A DNA stretch of 64,000 bases from Antedon mediterranea (GCF_964355755.1 NC_092674.1:20832001-20896000); one strand, 5' to 3'. Numbered from the stretch's first letter, positions 36,901-49,427 are shown. The notes: a model not told the origin generated them from the letters alone. Made by a program: numbers and translations.

Positions 36901-37776
36901 AGTTATTTTGTTTTATGCGAAATTTGAAATAAATTGAATCACTGTACTTGTTTATAATATATATACTTGTCTGTTTCTTAATGTTGACGTAGACGATGAC
37001 GATAACAACAACAACAACAAAAGACGTACGTAATGGTGACTGTAATTTTTATTTTATCGTATCCAATATAAATATTGTAATCTCTCCTCTTTCTTGTTTA
37101 AATTTTTTATTTATCCAACGTCACCAAACAATTCGTTCCAGCAAGGCTTTATAAATGCCTACTAGCAAGACTTGGAGTAAATGGTCAAGACCGGGGGAAA
37201 ATGGTCAAGACCGGAAGAAAATTAAATTTTACCATTCTATAAGTTTATAGTCAGTTATTGTGTTAAAATTCATTTATTATTAGACCTGTATACGTATTCA
37301 ATAACAAAAAATAACTTTGTTACATTAATAACATATCTTTAGTGGTTAAGGTACTATATTATTTCTCTGTATACTGACGTCACAAATATAAATAAAGAGA
37401 GACTGTAACTAAATGTTTATTACTTATTAGGGTTACAGGGAGAGTTCCGGGCAACGTTAAAAGGTCAATTAATGAGCCACCCAACTTAATTAAGTACCGG
37501 TACCTAACAAATGTGCTCAAACTCAATATATGGTTGCAAATCTACAAAAGAGGACATTTTATTTTTAAATTTGGGTTAATCATTAAAAGGTCAATTACTT
37601 GAACTCTGAACATGGGAAAAAGACTTGTGTCAAGTGACACTTGAACTTGACCTCTACACAAGGACGAATAGACTGTGACAATTAACCATGACCTCTGGTC
37701 TGCCGTTTCATTGGGGGGCTCTCAAATTTCGACGGAGTCGAAAACTGAAACCCCCATGCTTTTGGGACCTGAGGTC

Positions 37777-37884
37777 ATATACCGTATATGGATGAATAAG
37801 GAATGAAACCATACCGTATATGGATGAATAAGGGATGAAACCATATACCATATATGGATGAATAAGGGATGAAACAATATACCG
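37777..37884. repeat. 32-34 bp tandem repeat, three copies
   Basis: ATACCGTATATGGATGAATAAGGGATGAAACC repeated head to tail with no spacers. Confidence 0.85.
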
Positions 37885-38149
37885 ACCAACTTAACTGAAA
37901 CCAGGTAGTTGTTGCAAGGTGAACCTGTGAACTCATCGTGAATCCGGAAATTACTTTGACCGCGTACAATTGAAATTGAGTTGAAAATCTACCAATGAAT
38001 CAGAAATTTTGTTTTAAAACTCTTTATAATATATTTCTAAGATAGAAATATGGAACAATATCGTAATAGTGAAAACTGTTTTACATTTTGCGGTACACCT
38101 AAGATTGTTCAGGTAGGTATCCAAGGCAGAAATTTGTTCCAAAGTTTTT

Positions 38150-39988
38150 CCATTGTGCTCGCCTATGTCAGAATTAACCATAATTTATATATATATATAT
38201 ATAGATTCTAAATTACAGATCTCATTTCTTTTCATGAAACTGAAACTTGACAGGAGACAGGACCACAATATAAAACAAGTGCATTTATACCTTATTGTGA
38301 AATCCTGTATAAATATGTTAAATAATAAATGCATTATTGCTATGTAATTCAATGTCTGAACCTTCAGGGCCATAGTCACCAGTATGGTTGGTAAGTTTTC
38401 AACCTGTCAACTTTTGGTAGAAGCTTGGTGATGAATCTTGCCCGAGATGAGTGGAGGTGGACAGAGATGACATCAAAAAGCAATTATTATGTCGACCCGG
38501 TAAACTATATGGCTTTTGGACATGTATCATTGTGAAAATAGTGTTGAGGCAAGTGCTTTTGTTGAAACTGAACTTTTATTACCTATGCCACAAATATCTT
38601 AAATGGAAAACATTTCTAAAGGACAGAAGCACACTAATTCTGCTTTCTCTCTACAACTTGCTTCTACAAATGCAGACAGAGAAAGAGATTCTAAGTTAAG
38701 TATCATTTTGTTTGAAAGAGGCTGATCATAAAGATATTACTTGAATACTGAGAGTCGACGAAATCTAAATGATGTGGTTAAACTATATCCCTATATATGT
38801 ATATGAGAGGACATGTATGTGTGGGACTTGCTGGATTTACATCAATTGATCAGTGTCATTGAGCGTGGTATCATTGGAATAACACAAATTAATGATTTCA
38901 TCAGAGCTGGCAAATCTAGTTAACATTTAAAGAGAGATGATATCCCGATTAATGAAGAATGCTGCAATTCGCACAAAGGTGTTTGTTGGCCATGGCATGA
39001 TGAAATTGGACAGAAAATGTTTGAGGCATTGGTAAAAGTCTTGTAGAAGGCAAACTGTCTATATGGTATCCTAAGAAAAAGACGAATATTGGCAAAAAAT
39101 ATATATGACGGTGAATACAGGTCACAAACTTATCAAAGTAAAAGAGGACTCCTATAGAGATTATTTGCCGGTGAAATGAGGTATTTCAGTTATTTTGCCA
39201 ATTTGTTTCTGAACAAGGTTGTTGGGAACGCAGATCAGTCTGTGGAAGTTTGATGGATACAGTAGTAGAGAACGAAGGAAGGTCAACTTACTGTATCGCA
39301 TTCAAGATTAGAAATATTTCATTGAAGGACTTTGGCAGAGTTAGTTGTCATTTAACTGAAGAAGTTTATAAGATGTTTTAATATGAAGAAGTGTACTGTC
39401 AGTACTGTAGACCTCCTGATGGTCAACATTTTGTGTTAATCACCATGTTGTTGTCATAAGCATATCATTTTGTGTATTTCAATCTAATTTTATTTAACTT
39501 ATACAAGTTTTAAAAAGAAATTTAACCCATTTTTAAAAAATGGCGGCCATTTTAAAATTCAAAATGGCCGTCATTTTGTGTTAATCACCAATGTTGTTGT
39601 CATAGGCCTATCATTTTATGTGATTTCAATCCATGACATAACTTGCACATGTTTTAATAAGAAATTTAATCCATTTTTAAAAAATGGCGGCCATTTTGAA
39701 ATTCAAAATGTCAGAATACTAATGAATATAGGTTTATAATAATTCTTATATAGCAGAGAACCCATATGAACTTAAAATATTATTCATAATGGGTGTTACT
39801 TTGTCCAATATGGTACATTTATTGGATATTTTACGTATAGGCGGCCATCTTGGATTTGACACCCTTAAGCTTTTTTTAAAAAATGGCAACATATTTTTTT
39901 CATTACTTTACATCCTAAAGACACTAAATCAGCTGGAATTTTGCTTTTAACAAAAAAATGACACAAAATTACATAGTGGCCTACACTA
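38150..39988 (+). mobile_element. Highly decayed DNA-transposase relic, possibly Academ-like
   Basis: Broken reading frames give FTSIDQCH...GIIGIT, EIGQKMFEALVK, EGKLSIWYPKKK and a Cys-rich end. AAAATGGCGGCCAT subterminal repeats; terminus ...GTGGCCTACACTA. Confidence 0.4.
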
Positions 39989-40663
39989 GAATGTAGGTCA
40001 CATGGCTTGCAATAGTACGCACTATTAAACGATCATTTAATAGTACTTTTTTTTCGTATACGAAAAAAAACATCTTTTCGCGTTTGGGAAAATATTTTGT
40101 TTTATACTATTGCTTTTGAAACACAACAGCGCCACATATTTTGTACTTTCGCTGCGATTTGATTGTTATGACTGGTTTTTCGCGATAGAAGTGCATTTTT
40201 GGAGATATATATATAGAGAGAGAGATTTACTCATTTAGATCAAAAAGGCATTTAAATTTGCTTTAGATCGAGGATTTTGATTAATTAATAGAAACATCTC
40301 TACAAGACGTGGAATCGTTGGAAAAAACATAATTAGCCTAGACGAGTTCCAATTGTCTGTCGAAGTTTTGCCTTTCAGCCTAGGCCTAGCTAGTACTAGC
40401 CTAGGCATAGGCCTGTTAGTATTAGGCTAGACCTAGCCTATGCGTTTCAGCCTCACTATGCCTAGGTTTTTTGGTCGTTTGTTGACATAATTAACACTAT
40501 AAAGTAGGTGTGTTTATAAAATCCATATAAATATAACATTATAAAAAACCAAATGTTACTGCTGTTTTAATCAATGTGACTCAAATGTAGGCCTTGGTTA
40601 GGGCTACATTTTATTTGATTCAAATGACAGGAATCTATTTAAATGTAAAATAGGTACGTACCG

Positions 40664-40780
40664 GTAATGGTACAAATAATAACATTTGGTGAATGATGAA
40701 AGGTTAAATATTAACTCGGCTTCGCCTCGTTGATATATAACCTTTCATCATTCACCTCATGCCATTATTTGTACCATTAC
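40664..40780. repeat. Long hairpin with GGCTTCGCC loop (Crypton-like non-autonomous element)
   Basis: GTAATGGTACAAATAAT...GGTGAATGATGAAAGGTTA pairs with TAACCTTTCATCATTCACC...ATTATTTGTACCATTAC. Confidence 0.6.
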
Positions 40781-41219
40781 ACTCATTAACATTCGTTATT
40801 TATATAATATTTATACAATTTTCTACTATACATTAGCCATAACTTTGATGGCGCCTTACAATGACATTTATTTATTTTTTAAATCATAGCAATTTAGGAT
40901 ATTTTGTTTGGCAGTCCCAATCTAATCTCGTCTCTCATATGTAAATAACTTGTTTTTCGACCAAAATGCCATTTTTTTTAAAAAACTGTGTGTTTATTTT
41001 AGGTATCCATTAGGAGAAGACGAGTTTTGTCTACAGCGACGGAAGTGATACAAATGTATATGCATACCCTCGTTCGTCAAATAAGAGTTTTTATGATGGT
41101 AACAATTTAAATTAAAAAAAAAGATATAATTACAAATATAGTTCATTTTACTTTTTATTACAGATCTTTATCGCCACTCTCTTGTGCTTCACGTTGCAAG
41201 AAACACTACGATAGTTTCT

Positions 41220-41870
41220 AGTAGATCTAAACGGATATGTTTCAGCATTCATGATACACCAGAGCTACCATCAGTTGATGAAATGCTTGATGCTGATCGG
41301 AGTTGCAGGAGAAAGTTGCCACTGCGTAAAGAGGTCCAATGTAATCTGCAGTACCATCACGATACCAACACTCCTGTATAGCTCAACTAGGCAATCTAAA
41401 CGTGTGTGTTTTAACATTCACGACACACCAGAGCTACCATCAATTGATGAAATGCTTGATGCTGATCGGAGTTGGCATAAAAAAAGTGCCACTGCGTAAA
41501 AATTCCAATGGAAGCTGCAGTACCATCACGATACCAACACTCCTGTATAGCTCAACAAGGCAATCGAAACGTGTGTGTTTTAAAATTCACGACACACCAG
41601 AGCTACCATCAATTGATGAAATGCTTGATGCTGATCGGAGTTGCCAAAGAAAAGTGCCACTGCGTAAGAGGTCCAATGGAAGCTGCAGTACCATCACGAT
41701 ACCAACACTCCTGTATAGCTAGCTCAACTATACTAACATTCACGACACACCAGAGCTACCATCAATTGATGACATTCTTGATGCTGATCAGAGTTGCCAA
41801 AGAAAAGTGCCACTAAGTAGCAAAGGTGAGAGCTGTAGTAATATCATAACACCAACGATCATACATAGCT
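41220..41870 (+). repeat. ~168-bp tandem repeat, ~4 copies, with an open 56-aa frame; a partial further copy at 45186-45243
   Basis: CACCAGAGCTACCATC at 41257, 41426, 41595 and 41748. Unit translates IHDTPELPSIDEMLDADRSCQRKVPLRKRSNGSCSTITIPTLLYSSTRQSKRVCF. Confidence 0.9.
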
Positions 41871-41876
41871 CTATTA

Positions 41877-44800
41877 AGGCCTGTGCACACCGAACGCGAA
41901 GCCGCGAAGCGTCATGCGTCACGCGTCATTCGACGGATCGCTTTGAAAGTTGAATTGTCATGCGTCTATTAGTTTTTCTTGTCGGTTCCCACTAAACGCG
42001 TCACGATGTGCTGATTCGTCGCGATTGCTAGGCCTAGGAGATAGTGGGTTGGCCAATACAATGCTACATTTAAAATAAGATGACTGAAGTATTTCCTATG
42101 TAAGTTTAACCAGAGAAGAGTTAAATTAAAATGTAATTTAACTCTTCCCTGGTTACACCAATCACAGTGTTTGGTTTTGGTGGGAAAATGTTATCCGTTT
42201 CCAAAGCCTGAAATGTGCATGATTGTATGTATATATCACAAGGACAGAAGAAGATGTATCCAATATCAATACAGTTACAAGAATTAAAGCATTTATTGCA
42301 TGTTGATTACACGTACATGTGATCTGCTGACTGTATTTATTAGTGGTGTTACAAATATCTTTCAACAGAGGTTATTATAACCATATAAAACATTTCATAT
42401 AAACACGAACTGGGAATCTTCCTGGGTTTGTCATTTTCAAATATAAACTATAGGCCTAATATTAATGTAAAGTTTTCACATTCATTTTCTAATTATTATT
42501 AAATATTATATTATTCATGACAAAACATACAGTTTTTTTCTCATTAGATTAAATGTAATAAATATCCCAAACTCATATTTACACTGTATATTATCTTATG
42601 ACTTTTTCACATAAATACACTTATTGAAATAGTGAATCATTGTTTTTAAAGGTATCATTAAATATCAACCAGATTTTCTTTTTTACTACTCCTAAATACT
42701 TTCGCAAAATAATATCAAAATAATAAATTTAAAATGTATCATCCCAAAAAAAATGAAAATTGAAGAAATATTATTATTGTTAAAAGTGAATATACTAACC
42801 CTAAAGTGTTATACTGTATTACACACAACGAAAATGTTTTAAATTATATTTTCAGGAAGACAATATAATAATCTTTTCCAAAAAATGACACTAAACTTAA
42901 AGATGTATTGTCCCATAGAATCATGAAAAATGAAGATGATTAAAATCAAATTTGAATAGGCCATTTTGTAGTTTTAACAAAGTTAATCACTTGCATAGAA
43001 AAAAAACCCCAAAAAACTTATGTTTTCACTTATAAAATGAAAAAAATTCCATTAGCTGGCTGCCAATTTGACTATTTTTTTTAGTATTGGAGTATAACAA
43101 AACATATACATATTATATTTCCATGTGTTCTCTATTGCTAAAAAAAGACATTCAGTTCAGCTTTCCTTCTATAACCACTTAATAAATACTAGTTACAGTC
43201 CAACTCCTCCTTAATCTCTTCCATTTTCTAAAAAAAAAAAAATGAAACAAGTATTAATAAATTGCTATAGTAAGGCATATTGCTCAAATCATTTTTTCTG
43301 GCCAATGTATGTCACCAACTGACATACCCATTTGAAAAAAGTCTATACAAACCTGTATCAGCCTCATAATTGCCAGTCCACATTTTTGAGGAGCAATTGC
43401 TCTTAATTCCATGGCAATAATATACTGGCCGCTTAAACTACTAGCTTGGTCATTGGTGGAGTTTGTAACGCTGGTAATAGCCTGAAGGATTCCATTTATC
43501 AATGTTCATCTAATTGACCTAAAAGAAACAAAAACAAAAGTATTTATGTATTAATATTACTACTAGGCCTATCCTAGCCTTACAACACTAAATCAACTAA
43601 ATATTAGGCCTATAAATATGGAAATACTTACCCTTCTTGTCTTTACGATAAGGGAAGTAAGTCATACACAGACAGAAACATAAGGATTAATGCATGAAGA
43701 CAATAATTTCAGACAAACATCTGTGTAGAAGAATGCCAGAAAAACTAGGCCTAAAACGCGTCAGAGATCAATTTGTAAAGTGAGTTGACAAGCCTATTTC
43801 TAGCCTAGGCCTAGTAGGCCTAGGCGTACCTAGGTTTAGGCAATACTAGGGCCTAACTAGCCTAGCTAGCTAGGCCTACCTAGCCTAGGCTACATATACC
43901 CTAGTAGGCTAGGCCATGCCAAGTAGTACTTATAGGCCTACATAATACTTACTAATCCCTACTAGTCTACTATGTGCTAGGCCAGGCCTAGCCTAGGTTA
44001 AGCCTACTACTAAATATGAGTACAGTACTACTCTAGGCCTAGCTAGGCCTAGCCTACTTATTATTATTAATTAATATTTATACGCCGTGGTTAGGATTCC
44101 GGCACCGGAACTCAACTGCCCAGCGTTAGGGAATCCGACACGCTATTGCGCATGCCCAGAGCGAGGTAATCGGGGCGACTCTATACTTCTTATCAAAGAA
44201 CTTAGTTCTCTTTGTTCTTATCAACAGCGATGGATCATTTCATAGCTGCGCCACACGGCGAACTAGCCTAGATGCCTACTAATATGGGATCCACTAATCT
44301 AGGCTAGGGCTACCAGTTAGACGTGGCCAGTGGTCCTATAGTATTTATTTTGTAATTAAAAAGTGGTTGCTTCATTCATATATAAACTTCATATCATTAT
44401 GAATTATATAATTACATGACTAGTTTTATGATTTTTCATAACGCATTATAGTTACTCTCTACATAACAACATGCAATCACAAGTTGATTTGTTGACGGCA
44501 GCCACCGCGTGAATGTGAAAAAAACTGTTCGGGAAGTCAGGGTCGCAACGCTAAAAACAGCATTACGATTCTTAGATAGATACTGATACTTATTAATACC
44601 ATTATATTTATTTTAACGCGTGGCGTAGTCGTATTTTAATTATTAATTCATGTATGGCATAGGCCAAGTTTCATCCATCGCTCTCTCGCTCGCGCAACGA
44701 CTATCTAGGCTACAGTAAATCCCTATAACACTCCGACTCTCCGTGGTGTGGCACACTATTAGTGCAAGCTATAATTCACTTCCCAGAGCTCTGGGCATGC

Positions 44801-45178
44801 GCAATAGCGTGTCGGATTCCCTAACGGTGAGCAGTTGAGTTCCGGTGCCGGAATCCTAACCACGGCGTTTCCATAAAGACCTCGCTCGTCAGCCACCATT
44901 TTTTTGCCGTCGGTGTCGTCGATGAGAGATATTCCTGGCTTCTGATTGGTTGACGAACGCAAACCGCGCTCGCGACGCCTCAAAAAGTTGACCAAGGTTC
45001 AACTTTTGAAAATTCGCGTGCGAAGCCTTCGCTGCTGTCGTTTTCAACGCGTTGAAGTTGAAATTCGACTATCGTACACTGTTCGCTTGTATGTTCACAC
45101 TGGAAGCGTCCGTCGCCTGCCGCGTGCGTCACTTTTTAACGCGAAATTCGCGGCTTCGCGTTCGGTGTGCACAGGCCT
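41877..45178. mobile_element. PIF/Harbinger non-autonomous element
   Basis: TIR AGGCCTGTGCACACCGAACGCGAAGCCGCGAA at both ends; TTA TSD at 41874-41876 and 45179-45181. Confidence 0.88.
44082..44868. mobile_element. MITE with ~80-bp TIRs nested in the Harbinger element
   Basis: ACGCCGTGGTTAGGATTCCGGCACCGGAACTCAACTGC...GCGCATGCCCAGAG with a near-perfect inverse at 44789-44868. TSD not evident. Confidence 0.85.
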
Positions 45179-46750
45179 TTAGACATGATGTAATGCTTGA
45201 TGCTGATCGGATTTGCAGGAGAAAAGTTTCATTGCGTAAGTAGTTTGATACAGTAAGTCTACATGTTTAGTTAAGGTGCAATGTCGGTGGCTAATTGAAC
45301 CACGGATGAATTTTAAACTTGACATAACCAACATAAATATAAGAAGGATATTTAGTTCTTATAAATCTAAATCCATTGGCAGACATTAAGGTATGTAATT
45401 CACTAGGTATTATAGGCGTATCCTGTAAGGGTGGTATACACGCGCGTGTAGGTCTTAGCATTTATTGAAAGCTATGGATACATAAGCAAGGCAACCAAAC
45501 ACTGAAATACACTTTTATTATTTTATACAGTACATGAGGAAACCTACCACCTCTTGATATACGTATATACATGCGAATAGGCCACTGTGCTGATAGAATA
45601 ATACTTTAGGTCTTACAATTATAACGAATAGTAAATTTAACTTTTCGAGATTACTAATAATCGCATATTGTTGTTTTCTAATGTTTTTTTAACTTACTGT
45701 AAACATTCTTTTTTTTAAACTACATTATTATTTTATGATCACATTTCAAATTGAAAAAGTAGGCTTAACAGTTATTTTTAAATAATATTATTTCAATAAT
45801 TTGGCCAATTTGGAAAGAAAACAAAATTTCCAGTCTGAAGTCGGAGATGCTACCTCATCGTGGTAGACTGGTGTCAACATCATTGGTGTCAACACCAAAT
45901 GGTACCAAGGATGGCTAACAGCATCACGCTTAACCCCTTCCTATGCTAGCTTGCAATAAACAGAATGCTCCTATCACTTTCAGCGAAAAGAGGGGAAATA
46001 TAATGTTAAGTACGGTCCCCCTAATAGGGACACCCTATTACTTTATTATAAGCCTATACGAAAATTCTTAGAAAATCAAATAAGATAAATTGTTATATGT
46101 AGCTTAATTTATTTAAGCATGGTAGCCTACTACAAATACAATCCATAAGGCCATATTGTAAGATGACTACGGAAATTGAAGTTTAGGCAAAAACACTTTA
46201 AATGATATAGACTTATATAGAGATATAGAGAAGTTACACTAAAAGAAGCAGCAAACTAGTAAGTAATACCGGTACAGTATGAGTAAATCTTTTAAAACAA
46301 TAATATCATCGTTAATATTGTGAGAGCTTAACGCTATATTTTTAACATGTATGGTGGTGTAAGATCGCAGGGCCGAGGATTTTTCTATTTCACTGGCGAT
46401 CACTTATAGTGTAAATGGTCTTAAAAGACCATTTACACTATCGAAACTTGAAGTGCAATAATTAGTAATATAACTATAGCTTTACTATTGTTTTATTTCT
46501 GTTATTAATTTGGTAAAATAAAATAGTCACCAATATTTCTACGTTGGTTACATTTAACCGAATTATTTTGTCTTTTATACTGCACGGTTCATTTTTCGAC
46601 CAAAGTAGTTAACTTTATTAAACTAAACTCATGCCCTAGATTTTGACTATCTTCTTCATTTTTTTGTTGGCGTTAGGGGAAATACATCTTTAGGTCAACC
46701 TGTTTCTTTTTGTTTATATATTATGATTATTAAAGACATATGCCTAATAT

Positions 46751-46866
46751 AACAAAGCCATATACATGGCTGCAGTCACGTGTTCAAGTTAGTGTTTACC
46801 GACCAACCGACCGACCGACCGACATAGTGAGCTGTGTTGTCGCGTTGCACGCACGCGACTAAAAAA
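46751..46866 (-). mobile_element. Short internally deleted HINE-like copy
   Basis: AACAAAGCC...CCGACCGACCGACATAGTGA...CGCGACTAAAAA: same ends as 21389-22177, inverted. Confidence 0.6.
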
Positions 46867-47502
46867 CAAATACAAATAATTTCCTTTGTGAAGTCACCAT
46901 TATAAATAAATATTCTTATTTGAATATAAGTTGTCTTTGCTATTTGTTTAAGATTTAATTGTAATTGTAGGCTATAGTAAATAAAATGTATATTGGAATA
47001 GTGTAACTGTTTTCATTTTTTAATAACCAATGTTTTTTTTTTTTAATAACCAAGATAACGCAAAGTGGATACGTTACCGGTAAATAAACGCTTGAAGACG
47101 AACGTTAGGTAACCGTTGTTTTGAATAACAATGAAATATAATACGTTAAAAAAACAATCAAATGTTAATTTAAAATTGAATTTGATTGTTCAACAACTAT
47201 GGCCTAACATCGCGTTGAAAATAGCTCGGTAACGGTAATAAACGGACAGGTTTTGGTTAAATTAGGCCTATTAATATTTATTATTTATTCAAGCACACAA
47301 TTGTTAAATAAACGATTAAAAGGCCTAACATAAAACCGATAATAATTTCAAATTAGCAAAACTATGTTGTATTCATAAGAAACAATTAACAAGATTACAA
47401 AGCAATAGCCCTATATACACTAGAAATGGAAGTTTATAATGATAATTACATTAAAAGCAAAAAAAAACCTAAATTAAAAAATCCTACATTTGGGAATATT
47501 AA

Positions 47503-48043
47503 AACAAGGCCATATAGATGGCTGCAGTGGCGTGCTCATTAGTGTTTACCGACCGACCGACCAACCTACCAACTGACCGAAATTACTGAACATGTTTCAA
47601 AATGTTGAAATGTTTAAAAACATTTATATTTTTTTAATTTACACGTGCGTAGCCTGTCACTTTTGACGTGCTCGTATAAGGTAATTTCGAGTTGAAAAGT
47701 AAGTCAAGAAAACAGAAATCGGGCAGAAAGAGTGCGAGGTAACATTTAACGCGTAATATTTAATTGTGATTCATGGTTGTGAAGATATGATTACAAACGT
47801 GATTTCGTTAAATCGTGCGTAGACCGCGTAATCTTTTATTGCGCACCGTGAAAACATAACCACATCGATTCCTGGCCATAAGGAATATACTGTGAAAAAT
47901 TGACTTAGCTAGATTAAACTGATATCAAGATAAGATCAGAAAGCGATAAAACGCATAGTGATACAGGACCGACAGACAGACCGACAGACCGACAGACCGA
48001 CCGACATAGTGAACTATAGAGTCGCGTCCACGCGACTAAAAAC
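47503..48043 (-). mobile_element. HINE/DINE-1-like copy, inverted relative to 21389-22177
   Basis: Long reverse-complement identity to 21389-22177 with an internal deletion. Confidence 0.8.
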
Positions 48044-48271
48044 GTGGTTAGGCTTTAACAGTTATGTTTTTTAAATAGAACAGGTCAAATCGTCACGCCA
48101 AAAACAACAATTTTATACTGGTTTATTTCCTAGGGTTCTGCAATGGTGTCGTTGCATTAATAGGCTTAGTGTTTAATTTTTCTAAAATAACTGATGTTGT
48201 GTCAGTGTTATCTATCTATACACCGCTGTGCATAGGCCTAGTAGTACGTTTCTCTTCTTCTTTTTACCATC

Positions 48272-49222
48272 TTAAAATACAGTTTCTTGGATGGATTGTT
48301 TCATCCTTAGAAATCCTTGCTGAAATTCTTTAAAAGACATGCCATATATAAATGGATTTATTGATAAATTAGAAACGACCAATATAAATGTTATTCTATA
48401 AGCTTCTTTCGAATTGATGAACATATCTACAATGTAAAGCGGTGTATTTGTTACAAAATATACAACAGCGACCAGCAAGAGAGTTATTAAATGGTTATTC
48501 TTCTTTTGCAATCGGCTGCCTTTGCTCCGCTGTTGTGGTGACTGTGAGGACGGAATTCCAACTGCAGACCTCCTATACATTCTCCAAAGAATGCGCCCGT
48601 AACAGTAATGTATGATAATAACTGGTAGAAACCAGTTTAAAACTATCGTTATTATTGTATCCAAAACCTGTTTACCAAAACGGTAGTGACATCCAGTTCT
48701 TGTAAAATATAAAATGGCTCGTAACAGTCCAGGTACGTATGGAACAATGAAATATATGTACTTGCATTTTCTCTTCAATGTTTTCCGGCGGTAAACGATG
48801 GGATGCAAGACTGCAATATATCGCTCAATTGTTATTACAACCAAATTATATGAAGATGTAACATGTATGTACACGAAAACCTCCTTCAAACATGGATCAT
48901 GAAAAAAAAAATTGGTTAGATATACTGAAGAGCCTACCAGATCAATGACAGACTGATGAATTAGTAATTTCAGTGAAAAATACTTAGTATAACTCTTGTT
49001 GTATACAAACACAAAAATGACTATCATGTTCGCAACGATGCCAATAGTAGTTATCGAGAATACTGTGACAAGGAAAGTTATATTCCGATTTTTTTCAAAT
49101 GACCATTCAGTATTATTCATCATCGTAGCGGAACTTAAAAATTCGCCTGCAATTGTCAAATTCTTTTTTAATTGTCGTAATCGTACAGCAGGTATTCCAA
49201 TCTCACATTTAAAGTTCACCAT
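48272..49222 (-). CDS. Intronless rhodopsin-like (class A) orphan GPCR
   Basis: 316-aa ORF with seven hydrophobic segments; TM1 GIVAN, TM2 QSVIDL, ERY at the end of TM3, FLP in TM5, NPFIY in TM7; N-terminal N-glycosylation sequons. The real start may be the MMNNT methionines. Confidence 0.85.
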   Translation of the reverse strand: MVNFKCEIGIPAVRLRQLKKNLTIAGEFLSSATMMNNTEWSFEKNRNITFLVTVFSITTIGIVANMIVIFVFVYNKSYTKYFSLKLLIHQSVIDLVGSSVYLTNFFFHDPCLKEVFVYIHVTSSYNLVVITIERYIAVLHPIVYRRKTLKRKCKYIYFIVPYVPGLLRAILYFTRTGCHYRFGKQVLDTIITIVLNWFLPVIIIHYCYGRILWRMYRRSAVGIPSSQSPQQRSKGSRLQKKNNHLITLLLVAVVYFVTNTPLYIVDMFINSKEAYRITFILVVSNLSINPFIYGMSFKEFQQGFLRMKQSIQETVF

Positions 49223-49427
49223 TCGTCTGTCTCTAATACAGGACCTGCTTTTGATTTACAGGAGATTAGATAGAAGAGGCTTTCAATAAAATAAAAACTA
49301 TGCGGTACAATAAATGCAAGGTTGTTTGCAACAATGTTCCTGCTTCTGCTCTACCTATCTGTATAATGAGCAAAGAGATGAATATGGCACATCATAACAC
49401 ATTTTGATATGTTATCAGTCAGGTTGG

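Noticed and set aside
37777-37884. CRISPR-like array of ~32-bp repeats
   Set aside because: Repeats are head to tail without unique spacers, there are no cas genes, and the context is eukaryotic.
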